DNA of 64,000 bases from an uncultured Gammaproteobacteria bacterium (GTDB taxonomy: Bacteria; Patescibacteriota; Patescibacteriia; Magasanikbacterales; GWA2-37-8), in NCBI GenBank assembly GCA_964536725.1, contig CAZHYJ010000001.1, positions 121,081 through 185,080 of the forward strand, given 5' to 3'. The position numbers and the translations under genes were made by a program. The notes under the pieces were generated by a model. The model did not search any database, was not told the origin of the DNA, and worked only from the letters and a program-made list of their open reading frames with translations. Below are positions 17,429 to 28,112 of this stretch, one piece after another (the first letter of the stretch is position 1; every line of letters begins with the position of its first letter).

Positions 17429-18682
17429 TTTCAAAACCGCCAAACCCTCGATATGGTCTGTACGAGGGAAGAAATTATAGAGTTGAATAAACTCTATTTT
17501 GTATTTTGGCAAAAGCAATGCCAAGTCACGTGCCTGAGTGGAGAGGTTACAAGAAAGATAGACAATCGTTTCGGGAAGTGTTTTTAAAACTTGTTCAACA
17601 ATTTTTTTATCCAGTCCGGCACGAGGTGGATCAAAGATAATGGTTTTGTCGCCAGTTATTAATTCGATTATTTTCTCTGCTGGCTGACAGGTGGTAGTGC
17701 AGTCGGTGAGTTTGTTTAATTCAATATTTTCATTAGCATAATCAATCGCTTCGGAGTTGCTTTCTACTAATTCCAAAGCTTGACCAGCTTTTTTTAAACC
17801 TAATCCAATTGTGCCAACGCCGCAGTAATAGTCAACAATCGGTTTTTCTTCGGGGATAAATTGCGCTATGTCTTTAAGTGTTTGAACAAACACTGGTGGG
17901 TTTACCTGGAAAAAACTAAACAAACCATAGCGTAGTTTTATTCCATTAATTTCTTCTTCTAAATATTTTTGTCCGGCAGAGTACAACTCTTTGGTGGGAA
18001 CAGAAGCAGGACTTTTGTGAGTAGAATAAAAAAATTGGAAGCCAACCATTTTTTTAGCAGTGGGGTAACTGGTAAATTTCATTTCGTCTTTAATGAACAA
18101 GCCAGCAATCACTTCACCTTTTTGGTTGGAACGGATGATGACGCTTTTTAAATTGTAAGCGGTGAGTTTTTGTTTCTTTGTCCAAGCCAAAATTTCTTCG
18201 GCGACAGCATTGATCTCTTCGTTTGCCAAACAACAAGGTGAGATCGGACGCTTATAATGGCTGCCACGTTCAAAGAAGGCAAGTGACAGTTCTCCTTTTT
18301 GATCAGCGGTAAAACTGTATTCAATTTTGTTGCGATAGTGGTACTCGGTGTCATTGCCAAAAATTTTTAAATCTGGCCATTCAAACCCGCCGATTTTTTT
18401 ATAGGTTTCGGCGGCGATGGTCACCTTCCAATCATTCTCAGTTTTGAGTGACATTATCTGCCAAGGCGAACAAGAGAGGTAGTGGTCTTCTTTTGGTTCC
18501 ACTCGGTCGGGGGAAGGTTGGATAATTTTGGTGGCCAAGGCTTCAGAAAAAGTTTTGGACTTTTTGAGGATTTTTATCTCCACCTCTTCGCCGGGTAAGG
18601 CATTCCAAACAAAGATGACTTTTTGGCCATCTCGCCCCAAACCTTGTCCGCCGAAGATTAGTTTGTCGATTTTGATTTGCAT
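17420..18682 (-). CDS. RlmD/TrmA-family RNA (uracil-5)-methyltransferase with TRAM domain
   Basis: N-terminal TRAM (ALPGEEV), YRNK, SFFQVN, DYYCGVG, DPPRAG, YLSCN, FFPRTDHIE. Confidence 0.9.
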   Translation of the reverse strand: MQIKIDKLIFGGQGLGRDGQKVIFVWNALPGEEVEIKILKKSKTFSEALATKIIQPSPDRVEPKEDHYLSCSPWQIMSLKTENDWKVTIAAETYKKIGGFEWPDLKIFGNDTEYHYRNKIEYSFTADQKGELSLAFFERGSHYKRPISPCCLANEEINAVAEEILAWTKKQKLTAYNLKSVIIRSNQKGEVIAGLFIKDEMKFTSYPTAKKMVGFQFFYSTHKSPASVPTKELYSAGQKYLEEEINGIKLRYGLFSFFQVNPPVFVQTLKDIAQFIPEEKPIVDYYCGVGTIGLGLKKAGQALELVESNSEAIDYANENIELNKLTDCTTTCQPAEKIIELITGDKTIIFDPPRAGLDKKIVEQVLKTLPETIVYLSCNLSTQARDLALLLPKYKIEFIQLYNFFPRTDHIEGLAVLKLI

Positions 18683-18683
18683 A

Positions 18684-20777
18684 CTATTCAATAATTATCC
18701 GCGCGTCTAAAACTTCCACCCCCTTTTCAGTAACTAACAGCGGGTTGATATCCAGTTCTTTTATCTCCGGGAAATCAGTCAGGAGTTGCGATAATCTTGC
18801 GACACAATTGGTTAACGCCTCTCGATCAAGTGGTTTTTTACCGCGGGCGCCATCGAGTATTTTTTTGGATTTTAATTGCCCGATCATTTTATCAATGTCT
18901 TCTAACATGAGTGGGTTAATACCAAAGGTGACATCTTTAAAAATTTCTACATAAATTCCCCCTAGACCAACCATAATCATCGTGCCGAGAGAGGATTCAC
19001 GGGTGGCTCCAAGGATAAACTCGGCGCCATTTTCGGTAATCATTTCACTAACCAGTGCTCCCTCCAAAACTGCTTTGGGAGCATGTTTGTGGACAGTGTC
19101 ATACAACTCGACAAATTTCTTCTCGGCATTTTCGGGAGTGACGTTTAAGATAATGCCACCCACTTCACTTTTGTGTAAAATGTCAGGAGAGATAATCTTG
19201 ATAGCCGCTAATCCACCCACATATTTTACCGCTTCTTTAATTTCGGCTGGGTTTTGCACGGCCCGGCTTTTTACCAGCGGGAAATCATAGGCGGATAAAA
19301 TGCGAATGGCCTCAGCTTCAGGAAATGATGTTTTACCGGCAGCCTTGGCTGCATCGAAAATTTGCTTTACTTTTTTCTTGTCAATATTTCTAAAACTTAC
19401 TCCGTGCGTTTTAATCGGTCTGGTATTTTCGGCAAAATGAGTAAGAGCGGCCAAAGCACGTGCTCCTTGTTCAGGAAAATTAACTGTAGCCACATCGGCG
19501 TGTTGGAGAGCGTCAACTGCTTCGGCCACCATTTTTCCACCAATAAAACTGACGACTATTGGTTTTTTAGTATTTTGTTTTACATCAATAATCATCTCTG
19601 CAATTTTTTCCTCATCAGTCATTGATTGAGGGGTAAGGATGATTAGTAGACTGTCTATATCTGGATCGTTGGCCAATATTTTTAGTGTGTGATAATAACG
19701 ATCGGAACGGGCATCGCCCAAGATATCAATCGGATTATGCCAGTTGGCCGAAGGTGGTAATGCTTTTTTTAAGGCCACTTCAGTTTTTAAATTAATTGGT
19801 GCTAGTCTTAGTCCATTGGCGACACATTCATCGGTAGTCAAAACTCCTGGACCTCCAGCGTTGGTTACGATTGCCACCCGATTTCCTTTTGGTAGGGGGT
19901 TATGAGAGAAAACTCGAAGATGTTCAAAAAGTTCCACCATTGTACTAACGCGAATGATTCCAGCTTGATGAAAAAGCGCATCGTAGGCCGAATCATTTCC
20001 TGCTAATGCACCGGTATGTGAAGCGGAGGCGCTTGCGCCGGCCACGGTTCGGCCAGCCTTAATTGCAATAATTGGTTTGGGGTTGTGCCCGCTGGTGATT
20101 TTTTTTGCCAAATCAATCAATGCTGGAGCATTTTTCAATTGTTCAACATATAATGCGATCACCTTCGTGTTGTCGTCATCGGCCAAATATTTTAATAATT
20201 CCAATTCGTCGATCACTGCTTTATTGCCAACACTAATAAATTTAGAAAAACCCAAATTTAATTTTTTGGCATAGTCCAAAACAGCTGTACCCATCGCCCC
20301 ACTTTGGGAGATGAAAGCGATCTTTCCTGGGTTTGGCATTACCGGCGAAAAGGAAGCGTTGAGGTAGTTATCGGTATTAATCACCCCTAAACAGTTGGGG
20401 CCGATTAAAGCGATGTCATATTTTTTACTGATATTTTTCAGTTCGTTTTCTAAATCTTCGTTGCCCATTTCTTTAAAACCAGCTGAGATCACCACGGCTC
20501 CTTTAGCACCTTTTTTTGCGGCCTCTTCCAAAACACTAGGCACGATTTTGGCAGGAACAATAATTATTGCTAAGTCAATTTTTTCTGGTACAGCGGTAAC
20601 GCTAGGGTAGCAGGGCAAACCGTAAAGTTCAGTAGTTTTTGGATTAACCAAAAAAATCTTACCAGTGTGTTTTCCAGTAGTTAAATTTTTAGCGATGTCG
20701 TTACCGACACTGCCAATTTCAGTTGAGGCGCCAATAACGGCGATAGATTTTGGATTAAAAATCGCATCAAGTTTCAT
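18684..20777 (-). CDS. Acetate--CoA ligase (ADP-forming), fused alpha/beta subunits
   Basis: CoA-binding N-terminus (PKSIAVIGAS, GPNCLG), SHTGALAG phospho-His, C-terminal ATP-grasp (ILHKSEVGG, ELDINPL). Confidence 0.92.
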   Translation of the reverse strand: MKLDAIFNPKSIAVIGASTEIGSVGNDIAKNLTTGKHTGKIFLVNPKTTELYGLPCYPSVTAVPEKIDLAIIIVPAKIVPSVLEEAAKKGAKGAVVISAGFKEMGNEDLENELKNISKKYDIALIGPNCLGVINTDNYLNASFSPVMPNPGKIAFISQSGAMGTAVLDYAKKLNLGFSKFISVGNKAVIDELELLKYLADDDNTKVIALYVEQLKNAPALIDLAKKITSGHNPKPIIAIKAGRTVAGASASASHTGALAGNDSAYDALFHQAGIIRVSTMVELFEHLRVFSHNPLPKGNRVAIVTNAGGPGVLTTDECVANGLRLAPINLKTEVALKKALPPSANWHNPIDILGDARSDRYYHTLKILANDPDIDSLLIILTPQSMTDEEKIAEMIIDVKQNTKKPIVVSFIGGKMVAEAVDALQHADVATVNFPEQGARALAALTHFAENTRPIKTHGVSFRNIDKKKVKQIFDAAKAAGKTSFPEAEAIRILSAYDFPLVKSRAVQNPAEIKEAVKYVGGLAAIKIISPDILHKSEVGGIILNVTPENAEKKFVELYDTVHKHAPKAVLEGALVSEMITENGAEFILGATRESSLGTMIMVGLGGIYVEIFKDVTFGINPLMLEDIDKMIGQLKSKKILDGARGKKPLDREALTNCVARLSQLLTDFPEIKELDINPLLVTEKGVEVLDARIIIE

Positions 20778-20817
20778 AATTTCAAGATTCGTTTATAGTT
20801 TTAATTTTTGGATATTA

Positions 20818-21711
20818 TCACCTTCCCATTGTTCGAAGTTTGTTGATTCGATCTTCGATTGGAGGGTGAGTAGAGAATAAGGACTTAAATCCTTTGACTT
20901 TAAAGGGGCTGGCCAAGTAAAGATGGGCGGTGGCGGTGGCCGCGTGTTGCATCGGCAAATTTTCTTGGGAAATTTTTTCTAGGGCACTGGCTAATCCGTC
21001 AGGATAGCGGGTGAGTAGTGCGCCTGAAGCATCGGCTAAATATTCACGACGACGGGAGATGGCCAGTTTGATTAATTCTGCAATGATAGGGGATAAAATA
21101 GCAAAAACCACACCGATGATTAATATAATTGCACCGACTTGGCCACCGCCTTCGCTTCTGTCCGAGCGCCGTCCGCCAAACAAACGTACGCGCCACATCA
21201 TGTCAGATAAAAGTACGATCACACCCACCAACACGGCTACTAAAGTCATGAAGCGAATGTCGTAGTTTTTAATATGTGATAGTTCGTGGGCGATTACGCC
21301 CTCCAATTCTTCATTGGTTAGTTTTTCAATTGCACCTCGGCTTAAAGCGATTGATGCAAGCTCGGGTTTGCGTCCGGTGGCAAAGGCGTTAATCGCAGGG
21401 TCTTCAATAATGTAGATTTTTGGTACCGGTAGGCCAGCGGTGATGCAAAGATTTTCTACCAGATTGTAGGCGTAACGGTTGTCTTCCTTAGTTATTGGTT
21501 TTGCGCCATTAGTAAAGAGAGCGATTTTATCACCCTGAAAATATGAAATAGTGGTCATAAACAGGGAAATAACGATGGCAATCATCACTCCGCCGTATCC
21601 GCCCATTCCCCAGAGGCGATCATAAACATAGCCCAAAAGAACGATCACGGCGATAAAGACCGTTATTAAAATTACGGAACGGCGCTTGTTGGCGGCTATT
21701 TCGTTGTACAT
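20818..21711 (-). CDS. htpX: Zinc metalloprotease HtpX (M48)
   Basis: NAFATG, HELSH, SRRREYLAD, LFSTHPP. Confidence 0.95.
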   Translation of the reverse strand: MYNEIAANKRRSVILITVFIAVIVLLGYVYDRLWGMGGYGGVMIAIVISLFMTTISYFQGDKIALFTNGAKPITKEDNRYAYNLVENLCITAGLPVPKIYIIEDPAINAFATGRKPELASIALSRGAIEKLTNEELEGVIAHELSHIKNYDIRFMTLVAVLVGVIVLLSDMMWRVRLFGGRRSDRSEGGGQVGAIILIIGVVFAILSPIIAELIKLAISRRREYLADASGALLTRYPDGLASALEKISQENLPMQHAATATAHLYLASPFKVKGFKSLFSTHPPIEDRINKLRTMGR

Positions 21712-21775
21712 ATAGAAGAATATTTAAAAATCAGAAGTCGGGATTTAAAAATTTTAAATCCCGTGCTTTTAACTT

Positions 21776-22342
21776 TTAGAATTTCACTTGAACATTTTGG
21801 CGTTCACCGTCAGCAGCAGCAAAGAATTCATATTTGGTGAATTTCAACATACCAGCGATCATATTGGTTGGGAAAACTTGAATCTTGGTGTTGAAGTCGC
21901 GTACGTTGCCATTGTAAAAACGGCGAGCGGCTTGGATTTTGTTTTCCGTGTCGGACAACTCATCTTGTAGTTGCAAAAAGTTTTGACTAGCTTTTAGATC
22001 AGGATAATTCTCGGTAACGGCAAAAAGTGATTTTAGAGTACTGGATAAAGCGTTTTCCGCCTGTTCACGTTCGGCCAATGTTGCGTTTTTGTTGTCGTGC
22101 ACTGCCATGGCCGCAGTTCTTGCCTCGGTTAATTTGACCAAGGTATTTTGTTCGTGAGTCATGTATCCTTTGACGGTTTCCATCAAGTTTGGAATCAAAT
22201 CATAACGGCGTTTGAGTTGGACATCAATATCTGATGTGGATTCGTCCACCTGATTTTTTGTGCGGATTAAGCCATTAAAGGTACCAATTACCCAAATGAC
22301 AACTACAACGATTATTCCTACTACTATATATGTTCCCGTCAT
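21776..22342 (-). CDS. lemA: LemA family protein
   Basis: N-terminal TM, QLKRRYDLIPNL, ENYPDLKA, RRFYN, FPTNM. Confidence 0.95.
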   Translation of the reverse strand: MTGTYIVVGIIVVVVIWVIGTFNGLIRTKNQVDESTSDIDVQLKRRYDLIPNLMETVKGYMTHEQNTLVKLTEARTAAMAVHDNKNATLAEREQAENALSSTLKSLFAVTENYPDLKASQNFLQLQDELSDTENKIQAARRFYNGNVRDFNTKIQVFPTNMIAGMLKFTKYEFFAAADGERQNVQVKF

Positions 22343-22445
22343 ATTTTATATATATGTATATTAGCCGGATGGCGGCTTGCTTTTTTAGCTTATTTTGTTG
22401 TATTATATACTATTATAAATAGATAATCAATATATTGATTAATTT

Positions 22446-23606
22446 ATGTTCACCCTCCTCATTTTTATTGCCGTTTTAGCAATCTTAGTTCTCTCGCACG
22501 AGTTTGGGCATTTTATCGCTGCCAAAAAATCTGGTATACGGGTGTATGAATTTGGTTTTGGCTTTCCACCCCGGGCGTTTGGTTGGTATCGTGATCCAAT
22601 TACTAAAAAATTTAAATTTGTAGATGGTAAGTTTGATCGTGAAAGTGCACCAGCCACAGTGTACTCGGTGAATTGGTTGCCGTTGGGTGGTTTTGTTCAG
22701 ATGAAAGGGGAGAATGATGCAAACAATGTTAACAACGATACTTTTGCTGGACAGAAAGTTTGGAAACGGGCAATTGTTTTAGTGGCGGGTGTGACGATGA
22801 ATATTTTGGTTGCGATGATCCTTCTCAGTATCGGATATATGATGGGTTTACCGCAAGCGACAAATGACATGGAAGACGTCGCGAATATTAAAGACCGTCG
22901 CACAGAAATTATTCAGATTATTGCTGGTAAGCCAGCCGCGGTTGCGGGTTTGGTGAGTGGGGATGTTATTGTGTCCGTTGGAAATGTTAACAACCCCCGT
23001 CTGAAAGAATTACAAAACTATATCAATGATCACAAGAGCGAAGAAATTGCTGTGGTGATAAAACGTGGTGAAGAAACTTTTACTAAAAATATTAAGCCGG
23101 CAATTTATGCAGATACAGGCAAAGCAGGAATTGGTGTGGGTATTGCTGAAATTGGCACAGTACAATATCCGTGGTATCGTGCGATCTATTATGGTGTAAC
23201 CGATACTTTTTGGTATTTAAAAGAAATTTTATTAGCTTTCTATACACTGATCGCCGGTCTGTTTGTCGGTGCAGGAACAGGTGAAGCGGTGGCTGGTCCA
23301 GTTGGGATTGCAATGATGACTGGTCGAGTAGCGCGCTTGGGGTTGGCATATTTGATTCAATTTACTGCCATGCTATCCTTGAATTTGGCGATCTTTAATA
23401 TTTTACCGCTACCGGCATTGGACGGTGGTCGGTTGTTGTTTTTATTGATTGGAAAAATCAAAGGCAGCCCAGTGAATCAGAAATGGGAACAGATTATTCA
23501 CAGCGTTGGTTTTTCTTTGTTGTTGCTTTTGGTGGTGGTAGTGACGGTAAAAGATTTGAGTGCCTTTCGTGGAGTGTTTGCGAATTTAGTACATAAGGTT
23601 TTTTAA
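22446..23606 (+). CDS. rseP: Site-2 intramembrane zinc protease with PDZ domain
   Basis: HEFGH, LPLGGFV, PDZ region, NILPLPALDGG. Confidence 0.93.
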   Translation: MFTLLIFIAVLAILVLSHEFGHFIAAKKSGIRVYEFGFGFPPRAFGWYRDPITKKFKFVDGKFDRESAPATVYSVNWLPLGGFVQMKGENDANNVNNDTFAGQKVWKRAIVLVAGVTMNILVAMILLSIGYMMGLPQATNDMEDVANIKDRRTEIIQIIAGKPAAVAGLVSGDVIVSVGNVNNPRLKELQNYINDHKSEEIAVVIKRGEETFTKNIKPAIYADTGKAGIGVGIAEIGTVQYPWYRAIYYGVTDTFWYLKEILLAFYTLIAGLFVGAGTGEAVAGPVGIAMMTGRVARLGLAYLIQFTAMLSLNLAIFNILPLPALDGGRLLFLLIGKIKGSPVNQKWEQIIHSVGFSLLLLLVVVVTVKDLSAFRGVFANLVHKVF

Positions 23607-23607
23607 T

Positions 23608-23970
23608 ATGGATGATAAAGGTAGAGTGATTGATATTGGAAGTTTACGGCCCGATCATGCGGTTGGGGCGGTGTTACCGATTGAAAACAGAAGCAAAATC
23701 TACACACAAGACATCTTAAAGGATTTAAAGGATCATTATAGATTAACCACAAAAGATGGTCAGACAGATCATCTTTTCGATGCTTTAGCTGAAGCGTTAG
23801 TAAAATATATTGACCAAAAGAGGCAAGGTGGAAATATCGCAGTTAGTTTTGAAAGTTTTTCTGTTGAATATATTTTTCCAGTTATGGAGAAAATGCGTGA
23901 GTTAAAAATGTTTTCCGAAGCGGCAGATTTGGCTGGTCTAGTTCGAGGAATAATTAATAAACAAGGTTAA
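23608..23970 (+). CDS. Hypothetical protein
   Basis: 120-aa ORF packed between rseP and pheS on the same strand; no motif recognised. Confidence 0.6.
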   Translation: MDDKGRVIDIGSLRPDHAVGAVLPIENRSKIYTQDILKDLKDHYRLTTKDGQTDHLFDALAEALVKYIDQKRQGGNIAVSFESFSVEYIFPVMEKMRELKMFSEAADLAGLVRGIINKQG

Positions 23971-23998
23971 TTGAATACAACTATTGTAAATTTAAAAT

Positions 23999-25045
23999 AT
24001 GCTAGATAAATTAAAAAAAATAAAAGAGGAGGCGTTGGTGGCGATTAAAGCCGCGGCGGATAAATTGAGTTTGGAAGAACTAGAGAATCGTTTTTTGGGC
24101 CGCAAACAGGGTGAGTTGACGAACCTTTTAAAAGGTCTGAAAGATTTAGCTGATGACGCGCGCAAAGAAGCGGGGCAGTTGGCCAATGAAGTTAAGGTGG
24201 CGGTGGAAGAGGCGATTAATACTAAGCGACAAGAAATGCAGGGATCGGCGGGGGCGGAAATATTGGAAGCCGAGCGAGTGGATATTACCCAACCAGCGTT
24301 ACCAGTAAAAGAGCGTGGGCATTTTCATCCTAATACCATTATCCAACGCGACCTGGAAGATTTTTTTACCTCAATGGGTTTTATGGTTTTGGATGGACCA
24401 GAACTAGAAAGTGATTACTATAACTTTACCGCGGTAAATATTCCCGCCACTCATCCAGCCCGGGATATGCAGGATACTTTTTATATCAAAAATCATGGGC
24501 AGAATTCTGATTCACCATGGGTGATGCGGACACATACTTCAACAATGCAAGTGCGGTCGTTGCAAAAATATGGTGCACCACTTCGAATGATTGTCCCAGG
24601 GAAATGTTATCGCAACGAATCAACTGATGTTCGTCATGAACATACTTTCTATCAATTAGAAGGTGTAGTGGTGGACAAGGGAATTACATTTGCCGATATG
24701 AAAGGTATTTTGGAAGCAGTGGCCAAACATTTGTACGGGGCTGATACCGCGGTAAGATTACGACCAAAATTTTATCCTTTCGTTGAGCCGGGTGTAAACG
24801 GTGAGGTTACCTGTTTCTTGTGCAAAGGAAAAGGTTGTCGGTTGTGTAAAAATACCGGATGGTTAGAAATTTTTGGCGCTGGCATGATGCATCCGAATGT
24901 ATTAAAAGAAGGTAATATTGATCCGAATTCTTATCAGGGTTTTGCTTTTGGTTTTGGTTTGACCCGGTTGGTGATGTTAAAATATGGGATTGAGGATATT
25001 CGTTTGCTGGAAGCGGGTGATTTAAAGTTTCTAAAACAATTTTAA
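23999..25045 (+). CDS. pheS: Phenylalanine--tRNA ligase alpha subunit
   Basis: HPARDMQDTFY, RTHTS, YPFVEP, GFAFGFG. Confidence 0.98.
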   Translation: MLDKLKKIKEEALVAIKAAADKLSLEELENRFLGRKQGELTNLLKGLKDLADDARKEAGQLANEVKVAVEEAINTKRQEMQGSAGAEILEAERVDITQPALPVKERGHFHPNTIIQRDLEDFFTSMGFMVLDGPELESDYYNFTAVNIPATHPARDMQDTFYIKNHGQNSDSPWVMRTHTSTMQVRSLQKYGAPLRMIVPGKCYRNESTDVRHEHTFYQLEGVVVDKGITFADMKGILEAVAKHLYGADTAVRLRPKFYPFVEPGVNGEVTCFLCKGKGCRLCKNTGWLEIFGAGMMHPNVLKEGNIDPNSYQGFAFGFGLTRLVMLKYGIEDIRLLEAGDLKFLKQF

Positions 25046-25046
25046 T

Positions 25047-27497
25047 ATGTTAATAAGCTACAACTGGTTAAAACAATATCTAAATCTCCCTGATTCAATT
25101 ACCGCTGAAGAAGTGGGAAATAAATTAAAGGCGTCAACAGTTGAAGTGGAGGATATTAAAAGTTTAGGTAGTAATTTAGAAAATATTGTGGTTGGCAAAG
25201 TGGTGTCAGCCGAAAAACATCCGGGGGCGGATAAATTAAAACTATGTAAAGTTGATGTTGGCAATGAACAGTTGCAGATTGTTTGCGGTGGTTCGAATGT
25301 GGCGGAAGGCATGTTGGTGGCTTTAGCAAAAGTGGGGGCAAAGGTGCAGTGGCACGGAGAAGGTGGATTGGTAGAACTCGCACCGATCGCCATTCGTGGA
25401 GTGGAATCATTTGGTATGATCTGTGCATCGACGGAAATTGGTTTGGGTGAAATGTTTCCTCTTAAAAGCGAAAAAGAAATTTTGGATTTGACCAGTTACA
25501 ATCTTACTCCTGGCGAGTCGTTGGCAAAAGCATTGGATTTAACGGATGCCATTTTAGAAATCGACAACAAATCACTTTCCAATCGCCCCGACTTGTGGGG
25601 ACACTATGGTATCGCGCGCGAGGTGGCAGTTTTGTTTAACAAAGATTTGGCGGAATACAAAGCTGTGGAAATCAAAGAAGGGAAGGATATTAAAGTAAAG
25701 GTTAATATTGCAAACAAAGAATTATGCCCACGATATATGGCGGTAGCCATGTCGGGCGTGAAAGTTGGGCCATCACCAGATTGGTTGAAAAAGAAATTAA
25801 TGTCGGTAGGAGTGAATTCGATTAATAATATTGTTGACATTACTAATTACGTAATGTTAGATGTTGGCCAGCCTCTACACGCGTTTGACGCTAATTTGGT
25901 TAGTGGCGATAAAAAAACTAAAGAGATTAATGTGCGCTTGGCGGTGAGTGGTGAAAAAATTAAAGCATTGGATGGTAATGAATATGAATTGTCCGATATG
26001 GATTTAGTAATTGCTGATCCAGAAAAAGCATTAGCGATTGCCGGTGTAATTGGTGGTGAATACAGCGCGATCTCTTCCGAAACGACGACGATCATCTTTG
26101 AGGCAGCGAATTTTTCTGCAACCAGTATTCGCAAAACTTCTACCCGTCTGGGGGTGCGTACGGATTCGGCGCAAAGATTTGAAAAAAGCTTAGATCCAAA
26201 TTTGTGTGAGTTGGCGATTAAAAAGGCGGTAGAGTTGGTAGGTCAGCTTTGTTCGGAAGCAGTGGTGGCTAGTAAGGTAATTGACGAATCAGATTTTGTT
26301 TTACCGGTGGGTCCAATCGAAGTAGAAAAAGGTTTGTTTGAGAAAAAAATTGGCATTAATGTTCCAGAAAAAGAAATTATCAAAATTTTAGAAAAGCTGG
26401 GTTTTGAACTGAAAGATAAAAAGACTGCTTGGGCGATCAAGATTCCTACCTGGCGTGCCACCAAAGATGTTTCGTTGGCCGAAGATTTAGTGGAAGAGGT
26501 TTTGCGTGTCTATGGGTATGATAAAGTGGTGGGTACTTTACCTAGTTTTTCGATTGTTCCGCCGGCAATAAATGCACTCAGAAAATTGGAGCATCAAGTA
26601 GCGGATACGTTGGTTCGTGAATTTTCTTTTACTGAGGTTTATAATTATGCCTTTGTTAGTGCGGAGCAAATAAAAAACTTATCGGACGATTTAGATATGT
26701 ATATTGAGCTAGATAATCCATTGGCCAAGGATCGTCCGTTTTTGCGTCGTCGCCTTCTTCTTAATTTGTTAACCAATGTTGCTAATAATATTAACCAGAA
26801 TCAGGAAGTAAAGATTTTTGAGATTGGAAAAATATTTAAAACTGATAAGCCGGGCGCACGGGTGGAGGCTAATAGTGATGAATTATTACCTGGTCAAAAT
26901 GTTTGGTTTACCGCTTTGTATGTAAACAAAAAAGATCAAAATCCATATTGGGAAGCAAGACGAGTGATGGAGGCTTTGGGTGTTGAATTAGGACTAGATT
27001 GGGCCGCAGATTTTGATGCTAAAGTATTGCAATGTGAACATCCCACACGCACAGCTGTGGTTAAAACAGGGGAGTTGATTGTTGGGGCGGTCGGGGAGAT
27101 CTTGCCAAGTGTGGCAGAGAAATTTGGTATTAATTATCGTGTTGGATTTTTGCGGTTGAATTTGAGTGAGATACAGGAAGGTGGTAACTTTAAAGAAGTC
27201 GGTTATCAGCCTAGTTCAGTTTATCCAGAAATTGAACGCGATGTAGCGTTTTTAGTAGACAAGAAAGTCAGACACGAAGAAGTGATCGGTGTTTTAAACA
27301 TGCTTGATGTTCTGGTTAAAAAAGTAGAGTTATTTGATGTGTACATGGGAGAGAAGATTGCGGGTGATAAAAAGAGTGTGGCTTACCGAATAGTGTATGC
27401 GGATTCAACTCGGACTTTGACCGGCGAGGAAGTAGACAAGGTACACCAGAAAGTTATCACCACATTACAGAAAAAATTCGGTGCGGAAATTCGTTAA
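25047..27497 (+). CDS. pheT: Phenylalanine--tRNA ligase beta subunit
   Basis: ISYNWL, tRNA-binding OB fold, NRPDL, GQPLHAFD, C-terminal FDX-ACB domain. Confidence 0.97.
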   Translation: MLISYNWLKQYLNLPDSITAEEVGNKLKASTVEVEDIKSLGSNLENIVVGKVVSAEKHPGADKLKLCKVDVGNEQLQIVCGGSNVAEGMLVALAKVGAKVQWHGEGGLVELAPIAIRGVESFGMICASTEIGLGEMFPLKSEKEILDLTSYNLTPGESLAKALDLTDAILEIDNKSLSNRPDLWGHYGIAREVAVLFNKDLAEYKAVEIKEGKDIKVKVNIANKELCPRYMAVAMSGVKVGPSPDWLKKKLMSVGVNSINNIVDITNYVMLDVGQPLHAFDANLVSGDKKTKEINVRLAVSGEKIKALDGNEYELSDMDLVIADPEKALAIAGVIGGEYSAISSETTTIIFEAANFSATSIRKTSTRLGVRTDSAQRFEKSLDPNLCELAIKKAVELVGQLCSEAVVASKVIDESDFVLPVGPIEVEKGLFEKKIGINVPEKEIIKILEKLGFELKDKKTAWAIKIPTWRATKDVSLAEDLVEEVLRVYGYDKVVGTLPSFSIVPPAINALRKLEHQVADTLVREFSFTEVYNYAFVSAEQIKNLSDDLDMYIELDNPLAKDRPFLRRRLLLNLLTNVANNINQNQEVKIFEIGKIFKTDKPGARVEANSDELLPGQNVWFTALYVNKKDQNPYWEARRVMEALGVELGLDWAADFDAKVLQCEHPTRTAVVKTGELIVGAVGEILPSVAEKFGINYRVGFLRLNLSEIQEGGNFKEVGYQPSSVYPEIERDVAFLVDKKVRHEEVIGVLNMLDVLVKKVELFDVYMGEKIAGDKKSVAYRIVYADSTRTLTGEEVDKVHQKVITTLQKKFGAEIR

Positions 27498-27613
27498 TAA
27501 ATTATCCCCAGTCTACTTGACTGGGGTTTTTTATTTTTTTGTGGTATAATGTAGTTGTTAGTTTTAATTTTTTTTCGACACCATGCCTGTCGAAAAATAT
27601 TTAGAGGGGAATT

Positions 27614-28000
27614 ATGTTTGAAACTTCAAAAGATATCTTGTATCTTGTCATCTCGTTCTGCGTTTTGTGGACGACAGTGTTTTTGTGTTGGATGTTCTAT
27701 TACGTTATGCGCTTGCTGCGCAATACCAATCAGATCATCGAAGAGTTCCGCGTACGTTTACAATCTTTGACCGAGGCAATTAATTATATCCGTGGCAAAG
27801 TAGAACACATGTCCGGCCTGATGTCACTCATCACTGATGGTGCCGCTGGTCTAGTAAAAAATGTGATCAATCGTAAAACCGCACAGTGGTCAGAAAAAGG
27901 AACAGAAAAATTTAATGAGGCGGCGAAGGAAGCGGTAAGTAAGGCAGTGAATGCTACTGCGAAGAAAATGAAGAAGGTGGCGAAGAAAATGAAAAAATAG
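27614..28000 (+). CDS. Small membrane-anchored coiled-coil protein
   Basis: N-terminal TM segment followed by a helical, basic C-terminus; upstream TATAAT and downstream hairpin. Confidence 0.7.
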   Translation: MFETSKDILYLVISFCVLWTTVFLCWMFYYVMRLLRNTNQIIEEFRVRLQSLTEAINYIRGKVEHMSGLMSLITDGAAGLVKNVINRKTAQWSEKGTEKFNEAAKEAVSKAVNATAKKMKKVAKKMKK

Positions 28001-28112
28001 ATAGTAAATTTATAACTGACCCCATCGATTGGGGTCGGTTTTTTTATGTTTGCGTTTTGGATTGTTTTGGGTTAAAATAGACCGGCTAAGCTTTAAGAAA
28101 CAATCTGCTGTT